From the IMG/VR virus record IMGVR_UViG_3300042923_000281, positions 186,001-250,000 of that record: 64,000 nucleotides of DNA. One strand, written 5' to 3'. Shown piece by piece: positions 36,759-47,580 of this stretch. The notes beneath the pieces were generated by a model that saw nothing but the letters and a program-made list of their open reading frames with translations, was not told the origin of the DNA and did no database searches. The translations under genes were made by a program, and so were the position numbers. Numbering within the stretch: the stretch's first letter is position 1; each line of letters opens with the position of its first letter.

Positions 36759-37679
36759 TCACTTCTTGGGGGTCTGTGCGTCGAAGAACGCGTCAGTGAC
36801 AGCCTTCACGGTACCTGACGGATCAGGGTCACGTGGATCGGTCGTGATCTTCAACGTCTTGCCAGAGAGCGCCATGGACAAGTCATCGGCCCACTCTTCA
36901 ATGCAGCCCTTCATCATGGACTCATTGGTGGCGATGCGTACGTCAGCGTCCCAGCCCACAGCGGCCATGTGCTTGACCATGTCGTGTTCCAGACGTGGCG
37001 GGACATCGTTCTCACGAGGGTTCAGCCAGAAGCCTACGTCGATGTCCTTGGTGTTGCTGTGGATGATCAAGGCGTAATGGTTCAACGTACCAATCTGGAT
37101 GACCAGCTTTGGCTCACGGCTGAAGACCGGATACTGCGAACGTTTGATACGACGGATGACCACACCTGTTGGCGTCCGCATGCTGAAGCGACCAGTCACG
37201 AAGTTGTATTCGAACCAGAACACCGGGCAGACAAAGTTCAGAGTCTGGTTCAGTCGATCCAGATCTGGTTTGCCGAGGGGGTTGCCTCGCACCTTGAACA
37301 TCACAGGGGCAATGACGCGGTACAGGTTGCGGATGGTGTCGTCGTATTCAGCCCACTCGTACAGTCTGGCAGGAGCCACCAAGAAGTACGTGTAGCTGTT
37401 TGGGTTCCCCAGCGTCAAGCGCAGGTTAGGGACTTGGTCGATGCTCTTGACCGAACCACGTTTGTGGCGCATCTCGGTGATGGTCAGCACATGGCTGAAG
37501 TCCAGCGGTTCAGTCTCACACACCTTTTCGATGAGGATGGTGAGAGTCTCAGACGACAAGCGCATGCCGTCATAGATCCGAAGTGAATCGCACAGCTGTG
37601 CACCTAGGACTTCACGCAGGAAGCCGCCTTTGAATTGACGGTTCAACATGGAGTCGAGGTTGCTTCGTGTATCGCTCAT
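36759..37679 (-). CDS. Hypothetical protein
   Basis: 306 aa, SD GGAG, followed by a UUCG terminator. Confidence 0.6.
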   Translation of the reverse strand: MSDTRSNLDSMLNRQFKGGFLREVLGAQLCDSLRIYDGMRLSSETLTILIEKVCETEPLDFSHVLTITEMRHKRGSVKSIDQVPNLRLTLGNPNSYTYFLVAPARLYEWAEYDDTIRNLYRVIAPVMFKVRGNPLGKPDLDRLNQTLNFVCPVFWFEYNFVTGRFSMRTPTGVVIRRIKRSQYPVFSREPKLVIQIGTLNHYALIIHSNTKDIDVGFWLNPRENDVPPRLEHDMVKHMAAVGWDADVRIATNESMMKGCIEEWADDLSMALSGKTLKITTDPRDPDPSGTVKAVTDAFFDAQTPKK

Positions 37680-37859
37680 GGGTGTATCTCCAAAAACTGA
37701 CTGGCCTCACTTGAGGGCTTATTCTGTCAGTGAATTGATACAGGAACGGAATGTCCCTGCAATCTGCCCAAGCCGGGCAAATACGGTGTGTTGCTTGTAC
37801 GATTGGTTGAGTTTGTTTTCTTTGACATTCGGAATAAAAGGAGGGCCGAAGCCCTCCCG

Positions 37860-39416
37860 TTATCCGTTGGTGGTCAGGACGTACCGCGACATGACTTCCA
37901 TGTGCGAGACTACCTTGCCTTTGAAGAACTCCAGCTTGTTCCTGTGGTACTTACAATGTTGCTCAATCTCCAAGCAGCCAAAGTAAATGAACTCAGGGGT
38001 CACATCTGGCCAACCGATCAGAGGACGCGTGCGCCCCAAGACCTGTTCGTTAGACTGACGCGAGTCAATTGCAGTCGACATGAACGAGCAACGCAGGTTC
38101 TTGATGTCGATGGCGGTACCGCCCGAGCCGATGGTGGTGACACCAATGTCAGCTTCCAGCAATTCCTCGTAGGAGTCCCCCTCAGAGCCGACGTAACGCA
38201 CGACGTTCAACTCTGGGTACATCTTCCTCAGACGCTCCACAAACAGCGTACAGAGGTCTACACGGGCAAAGAACACCAGTGCCTTCTGTCCTTCCTCACG
38301 CACCGACACGAAGCGGTTGTAGATCGCATGGTCGATGATCTTGAGGTAGGACTTCAGAAGCCCCTTATGCCGCATGACGGATTCTTCGAACGTGGTGTGC
38401 GAGTAACCCTGAGCCCCCATGAACTTGATCCGAACTTCCGGGTCCATGTGGTACAAGATCGCAGTCACACCAATGTAGACGTTGTAACCCCCGCCGTCAT
38501 GGCGCTGTTGCGTTGGGTAACCGACGTCGTACATTCTGTTCTTGAACGCATCCGAGCTGACCATGGTAGCGGACAGGCCCAGTGTCTTGTACGTGTGCGT
38601 GTACAAGTCAATGCGGTAGTTGTTGTGGAACTCTTGGTGCAGCTCATCCGTCACCCGGAAGCCAATACCGGTCTTCGGGTAGAAGTCGATAGGCTTGATC
38701 GGATAGAGCTTGCTGTTACCGTTGGACTCCTCGTAGTTCTTGAGGTATTCACGCATGGTACCAGCCGTGATGATCACGACTTGCAGTTTGTCCAGATCAC
38801 CGTCCAGCGCCATTTGCTGAAGGGCGATCATGTCCTTACCACCACGCACGATCAGGAACTCACCACGCTTGAACTTGAAGGTCTCCTCCAAGTCATCCTT
38901 CCACCGGGAGACGTAACCGCCTTTGAAGTGGATGGCGGTGCGCAGTTCCAGTTTGTTCATGCAGTACTGGGCGACGTAGGTTTTACCGCCCCCGGTCTGC
39001 AACGTGACCATCTTGATGATCGGGTCCCACTTGGGGTTCTGATCGTCAAGCACGTATTCGATGATCCCGACTTGTCGCTCACGCGGTGGGAACATCTTAC
39101 GGACGTCGAACTGGACCTTCGGAAGGATATCCTTGGACACGACGTGGTGAGTGATGGGGACCAGATGCTGAGCGTAGCCCAGGTTCCCGAATAGGTGGCG
39201 CTTCAGGGCATCGAGTTGGTTCCTGTGAAAGCTGAACTCTTTTCGATTCCGTGTAGCCGCAGCAAATGTACGAAGGCCTTTTGGAACGAATCGCCTGCCC
39301 TGTTTCTCATATCCCATCTCGATCAAGGGCCTGCAAAACGCCAACATCGCCTGGAGGTCACGATCAGTAGTTACATCGGTAACCCTTAACCCGTGACTGT
39401 AGACATCGATTTTCAT
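37860..39416 (-). CDS. SF2 helicase (phiKZ gp75-like, UvsW/DEAD-like)
   Basis: Motifs QTGGGKT, DELH, LSAT and QVLGRTR. Confidence 0.9.
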   Translation of the reverse strand: MKIDVYSHGLRVTDVTTDRDLQAMLAFCRPLIEMGYEKQGRRFVPKGLRTFAAATRNRKEFSFHRNQLDALKRHLFGNLGYAQHLVPITHHVVSKDILPKVQFDVRKMFPPRERQVGIIEYVLDDQNPKWDPIIKMVTLQTGGGKTYVAQYCMNKLELRTAIHFKGGYVSRWKDDLEETFKFKRGEFLIVRGGKDMIALQQMALDGDLDKLQVVIITAGTMREYLKNYEESNGNSKLYPIKPIDFYPKTGIGFRVTDELHQEFHNNYRIDLYTHTYKTLGLSATMVSSDAFKNRMYDVGYPTQQRHDGGGYNVYIGVTAILYHMDPEVRIKFMGAQGYSHTTFEESVMRHKGLLKSYLKIIDHAIYNRFVSVREEGQKALVFFARVDLCTLFVERLRKMYPELNVVRYVGSEGDSYEELLEADIGVTTIGSGGTAIDIKNLRCSFMSTAIDSRQSNEQVLGRTRPLIGWPDVTPEFIYFGCLEIEQHCKYHRNKLEFFKGKVVSHMEVMSRYVLTTNG

Positions 39417-39559
39417 GGGACATCCCTAACTGGCGGCATACGACTGTTACATAACAAACCTCATTTAGATGATAAAAAACTGTCCACCGACGTCCATAGA
39501 CGTCCACGGAGATCCATGAAACAAAATAGAAAGAGGAGCCCGAAGGCTCCTCTCACTGG

Positions 39560-41662
39560 TCAGATCACTTCTGGGAACACGAACGGATCGAGGAGTCCAG
39601 CAGGCCGCTTGGTGATCAAGTAGCTGTCTGGATCTTCGATCATGTCCGGTTGACGCTCGTACGCCAGTTGCTGACCGCCAGAGCGGTACTGCATCAAGGT
39701 CCGGTGTTCCTCGAACTTCGTAGGCCGGCCAAACTCTGGCAGGCAATAGTCGTCCGGGTCATCGGCTGGGCGCATGAGCGACAGCAGGATCACTTCAAGG
39801 TGACTGATGGACACTTTCAACTGAGAGTTCACCAAGTCACTGAAGTCCAACAAGGCTGCCACGGGGTCCGTGTAGCTGGTCAACATCTTGCCCGAGAACC
39901 CATTCCGTTCCGACTTCTTCGCCGGAGATCGGATAAAGGCCTCAACTGCTGCCATGAAGTCCAGCGTACTGGCGTGGCGGCGTGGCAAGGAGAACGCTGG
40001 TGCACCGAAGTCCCATTGACTCAGGTCGATGCAGAAGTCCCCGTTCTCGTTGATCGTGTACCCGTGTTCCTGGATGTAGTACAGCATGAGGCGCGACAGC
40101 GACCCCAGACGTGCACCTTGGCAAACCGGTACCCATGCGTCATAGACTTCATCACGCAGGTTGGTGGTACGGATCTGCACTTCCCGGAAGGCAGTGAAGC
40201 GGTGGATATTCAGACGTTCGATGACGGTATCTTTGTTGATACCTGCCAGCTCGGTCCCGTTGTCGGTGTTCTTGTCCGCAGAAGCCTGAAGGATCAGAAT
40301 CGGATTCATCTTCTTCAAGCGTGGGTTGAACTTCAGCAACGACGATTCACGGGCAGTCTCAGGAATTGCTTCGCCGAGTGCTTCTTCCGTAACGTTCGAC
40401 ATCACTTCCACGTCTGCGTTGTCGTTCATGGCCGGGTCACTGGCACAGACATCGATGTACGGCAAGTGCTCCTCCGCAATCACGATCTCCTCTACCACCG
40501 ACGAGCCGTCCAAGTGTTTCACGGACAGCGTTCGCTGGGAGCCTTCCCGGCACAGCTCGGTGGCACACACGTGGCCCAAGCTGGTTTCCCGTGGGATCGA
40601 CCATGCCAGCTCACCGAAGCAAACGTGGCAGACTTCACCCGCACCGCGGTACTTGCAGAACATGCTGGACCGCATCTTGATGGTCTGACCTTTCAGCGCC
40701 TTCATCTGTGCCGTGTTATCGGCATGGATGGGGGTGAGCTTGTTGGTCTTCTCGTTCAAGAAGAACTTGCCGTCCAGGTGCGACCAGAGGCTGGAGTCCA
40801 CCACGAGTTCGGCGTACTGATCCGAACCGCAGTCGTTCCAGATGAGCTTGTCCACAACCGTAGTGGAGAGCTGCATTTTCCGGTTAAAGTACTCAACGAT
40901 CCGCAGGGGCTTCTTGGTGAACAGCAAAGCCTTCTTCGCGGAGCACGACTCGATCATGATGTCGTGCATCTTGGTCAGGCCTTCGAAGAAGCCTACCGTG
41001 ATCGGTTTACGGAAGATCACCTGATCGAGGTCAGTCCGGTAGCCCAGGCAGAGGATGATCTGCATGAACTGGCCCATCTTGATCTGCTTGGAGCGCAGAC
41101 CACGCACGATCGGGTTGTGCAGGATAGCTGGGTCCTTCATCAGGACTTCAGCGGTTCTGTCCATCGCATTACTGATAGACAGCTGGTTCTCCTGCAACGT
41201 CCCACGAATCTCCACCAACGGCGGATAGTCGTACAGCTCCAGCAAGTGGAAGCCGTTGATGTGTACGTGCCACTCTTCCAGGTTGATCGACAACACGTTG
41301 TAGATGTCGTTACCCACATCTTTGACCACACGCCACACGTCCTCCCGGTCGTAGCACTGGTCATGGTTAGCCATTTCCTGGCCAGGGGTGAAGTAGGTGT
41401 AGTGCAGGGACCGCACGATGTTGGAGAGCGTCTTGGGCACCATGTCGGCACTTGGGAACGCATTACCGATGTGGTGGTTCATGTTGAGCGGCGTGCGTGG
41501 GAAATTCCGGTGCAGCTCCCAGCAGAACCAGCTCAACGCTGTCCGGCGAGTGGTGGTCTCAAGGATACCGTCGTCGAACTCGATCTCCAGTACTTCATCG
41601 GGCAGTGGCCATTCCGCAACGATGTCGCGGTTCATGAACTCCCGTGCCTTAATTCTGCGCAT
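39560..41662 (-). CDS. Non-virion RNA polymerase beta' C-terminal subunit (phiKZ gp74-like)
   Basis: DCGS, RSSMFC..VCHVCFG, EGSQRTLSVKH (trigger loop) and HLEVIL motifs. Confidence 0.85.
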   Translation of the reverse strand: MRRIKAREFMNRDIVAEWPLPDEVLEIEFDDGILETTTRRTALSWFCWELHRNFPRTPLNMNHHIGNAFPSADMVPKTLSNIVRSLHYTYFTPGQEMANHDQCYDREDVWRVVKDVGNDIYNVLSINLEEWHVHINGFHLLELYDYPPLVEIRGTLQENQLSISNAMDRTAEVLMKDPAILHNPIVRGLRSKQIKMGQFMQIILCLGYRTDLDQVIFRKPITVGFFEGLTKMHDIMIESCSAKKALLFTKKPLRIVEYFNRKMQLSTTVVDKLIWNDCGSDQYAELVVDSSLWSHLDGKFFLNEKTNKLTPIHADNTAQMKALKGQTIKMRSSMFCKYRGAGEVCHVCFGELAWSIPRETSLGHVCATELCREGSQRTLSVKHLDGSSVVEEIVIAEEHLPYIDVCASDPAMNDNADVEVMSNVTEEALGEAIPETARESSLLKFNPRLKKMNPILILQASADKNTDNGTELAGINKDTVIERLNIHRFTAFREVQIRTTNLRDEVYDAWVPVCQGARLGSLSRLMLYYIQEHGYTINENGDFCIDLSQWDFGAPAFSLPRRHASTLDFMAAVEAFIRSPAKKSERNGFSGKMLTSYTDPVAALLDFSDLVNSQLKVSISHLEVILLSLMRPADDPDDYCLPEFGRPTKFEEHRTLMQYRSGGQQLAYERQPDMIEDPDSYLITKRPAGLLDPFVFPEVI

Positions 41663-41894
41663 TGGAGCCCTCCTCGGTATTGGCTACCTTGAGGCGGGTC
41701 TTCACCACCTCGTACAGCTCGACTGTCTTGGTAATGCCCGAGGACTTCGCCTGACCAGTAGCGATCCTTTCGAACGCTTCTTCAGCCTGCACTTTGTCAG
41801 TGCCGCTGTGAAGTACGACTTTGACGTCGTACTCCCCGTGTGCAGCTACCTCGTACCGGGTTTCCGGCTTGAAGGCTTGTTCGCTGTAGCCCAT
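41649..41894 (-). CDS. Small hypothetical protein between nvRNAP subunit genes
   Basis: SD GGAG; ATG 5 nt after the upstream stop. Confidence 0.5.
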   Translation of the reverse strand: MGYSEQAFKPETRYEVAAHGEYDVKVVLHSGTDKVQAEEAFERIATGQAKSSGITKTVELYEVVKTRLKVANTEEGSNAQN

Positions 41895-41899
41895 GATGC

Positions 41900-44134
41900 T
41901 TACTCCGTATATTCGTTGGTGAGCTGCTTGCCAGAACATTCGAACATGTTGCGCATGTAGGCCAACGGACGATGTCCACCAACAGGCACCACGGCACGAT
42001 CGAGGACTTCTTCGACGTTCGTAGGCGTAGGGTGGGTCAGCAACCGTCGGAGCACGAACTTGTGCGCGATTGGGTTGTTGGACGCATCCTTCTGATCCGC
42101 GATCGCTTCACCACCGCACACGGCAGCTTCGGACCGGAACTCAGACTCACCGACACGGATAGACGACTGACGACCGGGAGAGTCGTACTTGTCGTTGTTA
42201 CTCAGACGCGCTGTTGTACCGAAGACGTTGCACTTCGCAGACGATGCCGCCATCCACGAGTCTTCTGCGGTCTTTTCAAGGTTGATGTAGTAGGACGGGG
42301 CAATCAACATCGGTTCACGAGAAACCTTCATGTTGCCATCACGACCACGGAAACGCACCGGCGTAATAAACGGCGGCCAGCGCTCCTTAATGGTACGGAT
42401 CACGTCCGGCATGTGGATCGGGTTGTTGGTCGGCATCTCCAGGTCGATACCGTACATGTGGTCGAACATCACAGAGGCTACCTGTGTGTACATGTACTCT
42501 GGGTTGAACTTCCGATACTCCGGATCGGTCAGGTCTTGCCATTGGAACGGCACCACGACCTTGTAGAACTCCAGCATCTCATTGAACGCTGCTTCCACCA
42601 AGTCACGGTTCTCTGGAGCGAACACGGCATCGTTGGCTTCTTCTTCGGTGATCTGCGTATTCAGCGGAAAGCCAAAGGAAGCTTGGATGCGTTTACCCAA
42701 GTCACGGGCGGCACCAGCAATGATCATTTCGATCGGAGAGGCTGGGGTTACCCGGTTCCAGCGAGAGTTCGGGTCGACCACGATGTCAGCGACGATGCCG
42801 TTCTCATCGACTGGCATGTCTTCGTCTTCAACCACCTCAACGACGACCGACTTGTTCCCGTTGATGTCGGTGATCTTATAGCCCTTGTTGGGAACCGACA
42901 GGTACTTGAACGTAATCTCTACGCGCCAAGCATCCAGTTTGAGCCCACGGTAGACTTTGTCGACCTTGCCGTTGTCATCGTACTTCTTGTTGAACCCACC
43001 GTCAGGACGGATGTAGTCCGGCGTCACGCGGCCAATGGCCTCGTACACCAGATGGCTCAACGCAGGTTCCATCGGCAGCTCGCTGTAACCACGACGGCGA
43101 GCGTCCTTACGCTTATCCACCCAGAAGTCAACGATCTTCTTGTAGAACTCGGTGTCAGCGTTGTAGTACTTGAGCAGTTGCTCGTCCATGCCCACAGGCA
43201 GCGGCGGGATCGGGATCGAGGTGTTACGCTCAACCTTGATGTCCACCACCTCAGCATCAATGTGCTGCACGAAGCGCTTGCGGTCGAAGATGTAGTCCGG
43301 CTGCATCAACGCATCGACAGTCATGTTTGCCACAGCGCTGATTGGATCGTAGCGGCGCAGGGCCACCAACAGACCGGTACTACTGACCTTCTCACCCAGA
43401 TCGGGCATGATCTTGTAGACGCCCGGTATCGGTGATTGGTTGGTAGGGAAGAACTCTCGCCCGAATTCGAACACCCGGGTCTCAAATCCTGTGGGGGCCA
43501 ACGACTCCAGATAACCACGGCGTGCCTTAACACCGTCTTCAGTCCCTGCCACGTCGGACGCCATGAGCACGTTCGTCTCACGACCGTACATGTAGTTCTT
43601 GTGTTCATCGATCAACGGGCTGTGTGCCAGTCGAGTGCCTTTCTTAAACCGCACGCCCTTACGCATTTTGTCGAGCGCATCGCGGTTACGCTTGAACTCC
43701 GTGCCAAAGTGTTGGTGAGTGACGTGGTAGTCCGTCAACATCGTGACGCCAAGTTCCTTCGTGCGAAGGTTCTCGTACAACACGGCTGTCTGTGGTGAAT
43801 GACGGATACGGTTTGCGCCTGCCGTGTGGCCAAAGCGGGGAATGATCTCGAGTACTTCGACATCATCGTCGAACTCGATCGAGAACGTTGCTTCGCCAAA
43901 AGGGCGCTCCATCCCAGAACGGATGCGTTTGCGCATGGGGTTCTTGATAACCACCATCTGCGCCAAGTTACCAGTAAACATCGCCGCCCGGCTGGCGGAG
44001 ATGTGCCGGATAAACGGGTTGAGTCCGTACAGCGACATCAGCTCCGGATGAAGTTCAACCGGGTTGTGCCATGACTGCTGCGCATAGAGCTTAGCCAACT
44101 GCTCTTGCACGGACGGGGTACTGTCGTTGAACAT
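41900..44134 (-). CDS. Non-virion RNA polymerase beta C-terminal subunit (phiKZ gp71-73-like), uninterrupted
   Basis: PFIRHISASR, EDG, GYKITDINGNKSVV, D...PNS..NR and RVGESE motifs. Confidence 0.88.
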   Translation of the reverse strand: MFNDSTPSVQEQLAKLYAQQSWHNPVELHPELMSLYGLNPFIRHISASRAAMFTGNLAQMVVIKNPMRKRIRSGMERPFGEATFSIEFDDDVEVLEIIPRFGHTAGANRIRHSPQTAVLYENLRTKELGVTMLTDYHVTHQHFGTEFKRNRDALDKMRKGVRFKKGTRLAHSPLIDEHKNYMYGRETNVLMASDVAGTEDGVKARRGYLESLAPTGFETRVFEFGREFFPTNQSPIPGVYKIMPDLGEKVSSTGLLVALRRYDPISAVANMTVDALMQPDYIFDRKRFVQHIDAEVVDIKVERNTSIPIPPLPVGMDEQLLKYYNADTEFYKKIVDFWVDKRKDARRRGYSELPMEPALSHLVYEAIGRVTPDYIRPDGGFNKKYDDNGKVDKVYRGLKLDAWRVEITFKYLSVPNKGYKITDINGNKSVVVEVVEDEDMPVDENGIVADIVVDPNSRWNRVTPASPIEMIIAGAARDLGKRIQASFGFPLNTQITEEEANDAVFAPENRDLVEAAFNEMLEFYKVVVPFQWQDLTDPEYRKFNPEYMYTQVASVMFDHMYGIDLEMPTNNPIHMPDVIRTIKERWPPFITPVRFRGRDGNMKVSREPMLIAPSYYINLEKTAEDSWMAASSAKCNVFGTTARLSNNDKYDSPGRQSSIRVGESEFRSEAAVCGGEAIADQKDASNNPIAHKFVLRRLLTHPTPTNVEEVLDRAVVPVGGHRPLAYMRNMFECSGKQLTNEYTE

Positions 44135-44179
44135 CGGTTACTCCCATTACACTACAGGTTAGCGTTCGCTTACCAATTA

Positions 44180-44189
44180 GATAATGTAT
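44180..44189 (-). promoter_or_regulatory. Putative early promoter ATACATTATC
   Basis: Located 45 nt upstream of the nvRNAP beta start. Confidence 0.6.
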
Positions 44190-44221
44190 CTCTGAAGAAA
44201 ATTCAAACGAGGAACACGGGC

Positions 44222-44560
44222 ATGAGCCAGTTGCTTAACAACCTGATGCAAGTCGAAGGCGCTACGACCTTCCACACACCAGAATTCCTAAGTTACATCC
44301 ACACCCATGAAGCATACCTCAAGGCGAACTCGATCAAGACTCCCTTGGACCCGGGACTCGTTCACAAGTTCGAGTACAACTTCATGTCGCTCCTCGTAGA
44401 ACTGAAGCTACCGATCGAGAATTTGCTGATCTTCATGGTGGTTAACGACCTCGATTGCCCTACACAGATGACCAGAGACTTCAAGGAAATGAGGCTCCCG
44501 GACTTGGGAGTGGTCGACAACCTCAAGAACCTTTACCTACAGACACCAGGCCGTATCTAA
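44222..44560 (+). CDS. Hypothetical protein
   Basis: SD GAGGA, MSQLL start, followed by a hairpin. Confidence 0.6.
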   Translation: MSQLLNNLMQVEGATTFHTPEFLSYIHTHEAYLKANSIKTPLDPGLVHKFEYNFMSLLVELKLPIENLLIFMVVNDLDCPTQMTRDFKEMRLPDLGVVDNLKNLYLQTPGRI

Positions 44561-44608
44561 CAAAGAAAAGAGGAGGGGGCGTAATTGCCCCTTCCTCTAT
44601 GCCGTCAG

Positions 44609-46042
44609 TCAGAAGCGACTGCGGCTTTGCGTCTGCTGTGCACCGCTACCGAATGGACGACGACCGGAGGTGCTGCGCTCTTCCCGACGGAAGTCTTGAC
44701 GACTCCAGCTGGTTTCACGCTCTGGCTCACGGTCACGGTCCAGGCCGAGATCAAAGCGGCGACCGCCACGTTCATCACGGGTGTCACGGCTATCACGACC
44801 ATCGCGGTTGTTCCAGCGGCCACCGCGGTCATCACGACCACGATCTTCACGGCTCCAGCGAGTGTCGCGGTCACGGTCACCGCCACGGCGATCATCGTCA
44901 CGACGGGTATCGCGCCCGCCATTCAGGTAATCGTCCAGCGACTTGCCACCGGTACGGCGAGCAGGTGGTTCGTCACGACGTGCTTTGGTGCCTTGGTTCG
45001 AATCGTCGTCCACATCGAACGGCAGGTCGAGTTCATCAGCACGGCCACCGCTGCGGCTTTCATTGCTGGCACGGGTAGGTGGGGCAATGCGGGTGGACAG
45101 CTTCTCAGCCGTCTTCGCCACGTCTTTGGCTTCGGCCACGATGATGCAGCCTTCGTTACCTTCTTGCGGAGGCACGATGCGGCGCATGTCAGCCAGGTCG
45201 TCCATGCCGTCAACCCAACTGGTGTCGATCAGCAGGTCGTCGGACAGCCAGCGGCCGGTTTCCTTGCCGTCAGCATCGATGGCATGGCCCAGCAACTTCT
45301 TGTGCGTCTTGATGACGCCGTTGAGGTGCGTGGCAAATGCATTGAAGCCCATCATCAGTGCGTGGAAGTACGGCGCAGCCATGTTCTTGCTGCCGTAATC
45401 GTAGCCAGCACGAGTGTCCTCGTCACCCAGCACGATCTCGAACAACGCGATCAGGTTCTGACGCGCCTTCTTGGACGGGTACTTCACGCCGAGCAGTTCT
45501 TGCTCGTCGGTCAGCAACTGATCCAAGACTGGGAACTTGAACTTGGCAGCACGCAGCACGCCGTCCTTGTTACCCTTGCGCAGGCTGATGGACACCAGAC
45601 GCTTCTCAGGCTCCGGCCCGATACGCAGGATGACCTTCTTCAGGAACTCGTAGGACCGTGCGTCCATGCCCGAGACCTGCTTCAGGTATTTGCTGGCATC
45701 TTTGCCGAGACGGGAGTGCTCACTGTCAGTGGCAGCCACACGGCCCAGCTCAGAGATCAACTGCACCGCGATCACGGTCAGCTTGAACATGATCTGATCG
45801 CGCATCGACTTGATCATGTCCGACTCACCACGGGTGATGTTCTCCGACAGCGGGTGATAGATCACCACACCACTGTCATCACCGCGCAGATGCTCGGCAG
45901 TTGGCAGCACCACGCGCTTCTCGCCGATCATGAACGGCACAGTACGGTCTTCGCCCAGCACACGGCTCAGGTGACCTTTACCTGTCTCGTCGACGATCCC
46001 GATGGCATTGAGCACACGGGGGTTGAAATCATGGAGATCCAT
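44609..46042 (-). CDS. Conserved protein (phiKZ gp70-like) with Arg/Asp/Gly-rich disordered tail
   Basis: 477 aa, synteny, low-complexity C-terminus. Confidence 0.6.
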   Translation of the reverse strand: MDLHDFNPRVLNAIGIVDETGKGHLSRVLGEDRTVPFMIGEKRVVLPTAEHLRGDDSGVVIYHPLSENITRGESDMIKSMRDQIMFKLTVIAVQLISELGRVAATDSEHSRLGKDASKYLKQVSGMDARSYEFLKKVILRIGPEPEKRLVSISLRKGNKDGVLRAAKFKFPVLDQLLTDEQELLGVKYPSKKARQNLIALFEIVLGDEDTRAGYDYGSKNMAAPYFHALMMGFNAFATHLNGVIKTHKKLLGHAIDADGKETGRWLSDDLLIDTSWVDGMDDLADMRRIVPPQEGNEGCIIVAEAKDVAKTAEKLSTRIAPPTRASNESRSGGRADELDLPFDVDDDSNQGTKARRDEPPARRTGGKSLDDYLNGGRDTRRDDDRRGGDRDRDTRWSREDRGRDDRGGRWNNRDGRDSRDTRDERGGRRFDLGLDRDREPERETSWSRQDFRREERSTSGRRPFGSGAQQTQSRSRF

Positions 46043-46053
46043 GTGTTACTCCC

Positions 46054-47580
46054 TTAGAAATTGAAATTGCCAGTGTTGCTGAGAAGTGGGGACTCTTCGT
46101 AGTCATCGTTGTCGTTTGGACGACGGCCCGACCCGAGTTTGTCCACGATGTCAGTGAGCGAGGAGCTCATGGCACCGATGGTGTCCTGATCGTCCACGAT
46201 GACCGGCGCCACCAAGGAGTCACAGAAGACCGGGAACACGTCTTCGAACGGATCTTCGCCTTCCAGCTTGAGCCAGATTTCGATGTCGTTGGACAGTCCC
46301 GCTTTAACGCTGATGTCGAACATGCAGTCAGGCCACGGCAGCATGTCATGGAACATCTCGGTGATGCAGCGCTCTTCGAACGCCATCAACGACCGATCCG
46401 TGATCTGCTTGCCAATGATCGGCAGGCACTGCGGGATGATCATGACTGCGTCACCCATGGCCGACATGTTGTCCGCCGTGAACTCGACGTACGCGATGTG
46501 GTGGAACGCCATGAACGCTGGCAACGCACGCGCCACTTGGATCGCAGCGATGGTGCTGTTGTCACGACCGGACCAGCCAGAACGGTTCTGGTAGTTACGG
46601 ACTGTTTCAGGGCGTTCGAAGAACACCTTGACGTCGTCCCACATGTAGTCCGGGTTCATGGCGATCAGCTCGCCGTAGGTGATGAAGCCTTGCTCGAGGA
46701 TGTTGGTCTCACGAGCAATGTCAGCCAGCACAGGAATGCTGCTCACGGTCTTCTCACGGACCTGAGAGCGTGCGTCTTTCAGGATCGACCCAGTGTCGCG
46801 GTCGAACTGATTGCCTTGGCCGAACATCTCGCCTTCATTCGCAGTTGCCAGCGCCTTGATCGAGCGGTGCAAGTAACGAGTGGAGGAGTCATTGAGGCGG
46901 TGAGACATCCGCAGGCCTTTACCGGTGAACCCATGACGCATGTCAAGGTAGTTCTCTTTCTCGGCACGGCGGTTGAACGCGTTGGACACGACGTTCTTCG
47001 GGTTGTTGTGGAACACGTCTTCTGGACGCATCACCAACGTACCCGCTGACATCCGATCACGGCTGAAGTCCGGCAAGACTTGCGGCGCAATCAAATGGTT
47101 GGAACTGGCAATCTGGGTCTGCCAACCACGGCGGGTCGGGGTATCCATGTAGCTCTGGTTCAGCTCGGTCACGGAGTTGAAGTACAACGCCATGCTCTCG
47201 TCAAGCTTGATACCGCGAATGCCTTGGGAAGCACCCACGTGGTCGGTGTAACCGGAGATCTCCAGGGTCCGGATGTCGGTACGGCTTTTGCGAACCAACA
47301 CGGTCATCATGAACATGAAACGCTTCTCGCCCCAGCCACCGGCAATCAGGGCGGACCCTTGGTGCTTGGCAGCAGGACGGATGATTCGACCCGCCACGCG
47401 GCTCAGGGCCGCTGGAGTCAGGTCTTCACCGCCGCGAGTGTCACGGTCCAGGATGCCGATCAATTCATCAGTGGCATCAGCGTAATAAGGACGGAGCTGC
47501 ATGTCCTTGTAGCCCGAGCGCTCACGGAATACGAGATCAATTAGTTGCATGGGTACGGCTCCCGATGGTGTTGTTGACAT
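46054..47580 (-). CDS. picA: Probable phage-nucleus protein importer PicA/Imp1 (phiKZ gp69-like)
   Basis: About 500 aa, directly downstream of the gp68-like subunit in the chimallivirus core block; assignment mainly by synteny. Confidence 0.65.
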   Translation of the reverse strand: MSTTPSGAVPMQLIDLVFRERSGYKDMQLRPYYADATDELIGILDRDTRGGEDLTPAALSRVAGRIIRPAAKHQGSALIAGGWGEKRFMFMMTVLVRKSRTDIRTLEISGYTDHVGASQGIRGIKLDESMALYFNSVTELNQSYMDTPTRRGWQTQIASSNHLIAPQVLPDFSRDRMSAGTLVMRPEDVFHNNPKNVVSNAFNRRAEKENYLDMRHGFTGKGLRMSHRLNDSSTRYLHRSIKALATANEGEMFGQGNQFDRDTGSILKDARSQVREKTVSSIPVLADIARETNILEQGFITYGELIAMNPDYMWDDVKVFFERPETVRNYQNRSGWSGRDNSTIAAIQVARALPAFMAFHHIAYVEFTADNMSAMGDAVMIIPQCLPIIGKQITDRSLMAFEERCITEMFHDMLPWPDCMFDISVKAGLSNDIEIWLKLEGEDPFEDVFPVFCDSLVAPVIVDDQDTIGAMSSSLTDIVDKLGSGRRPNDNDDYEESPLLSNTGNFNF

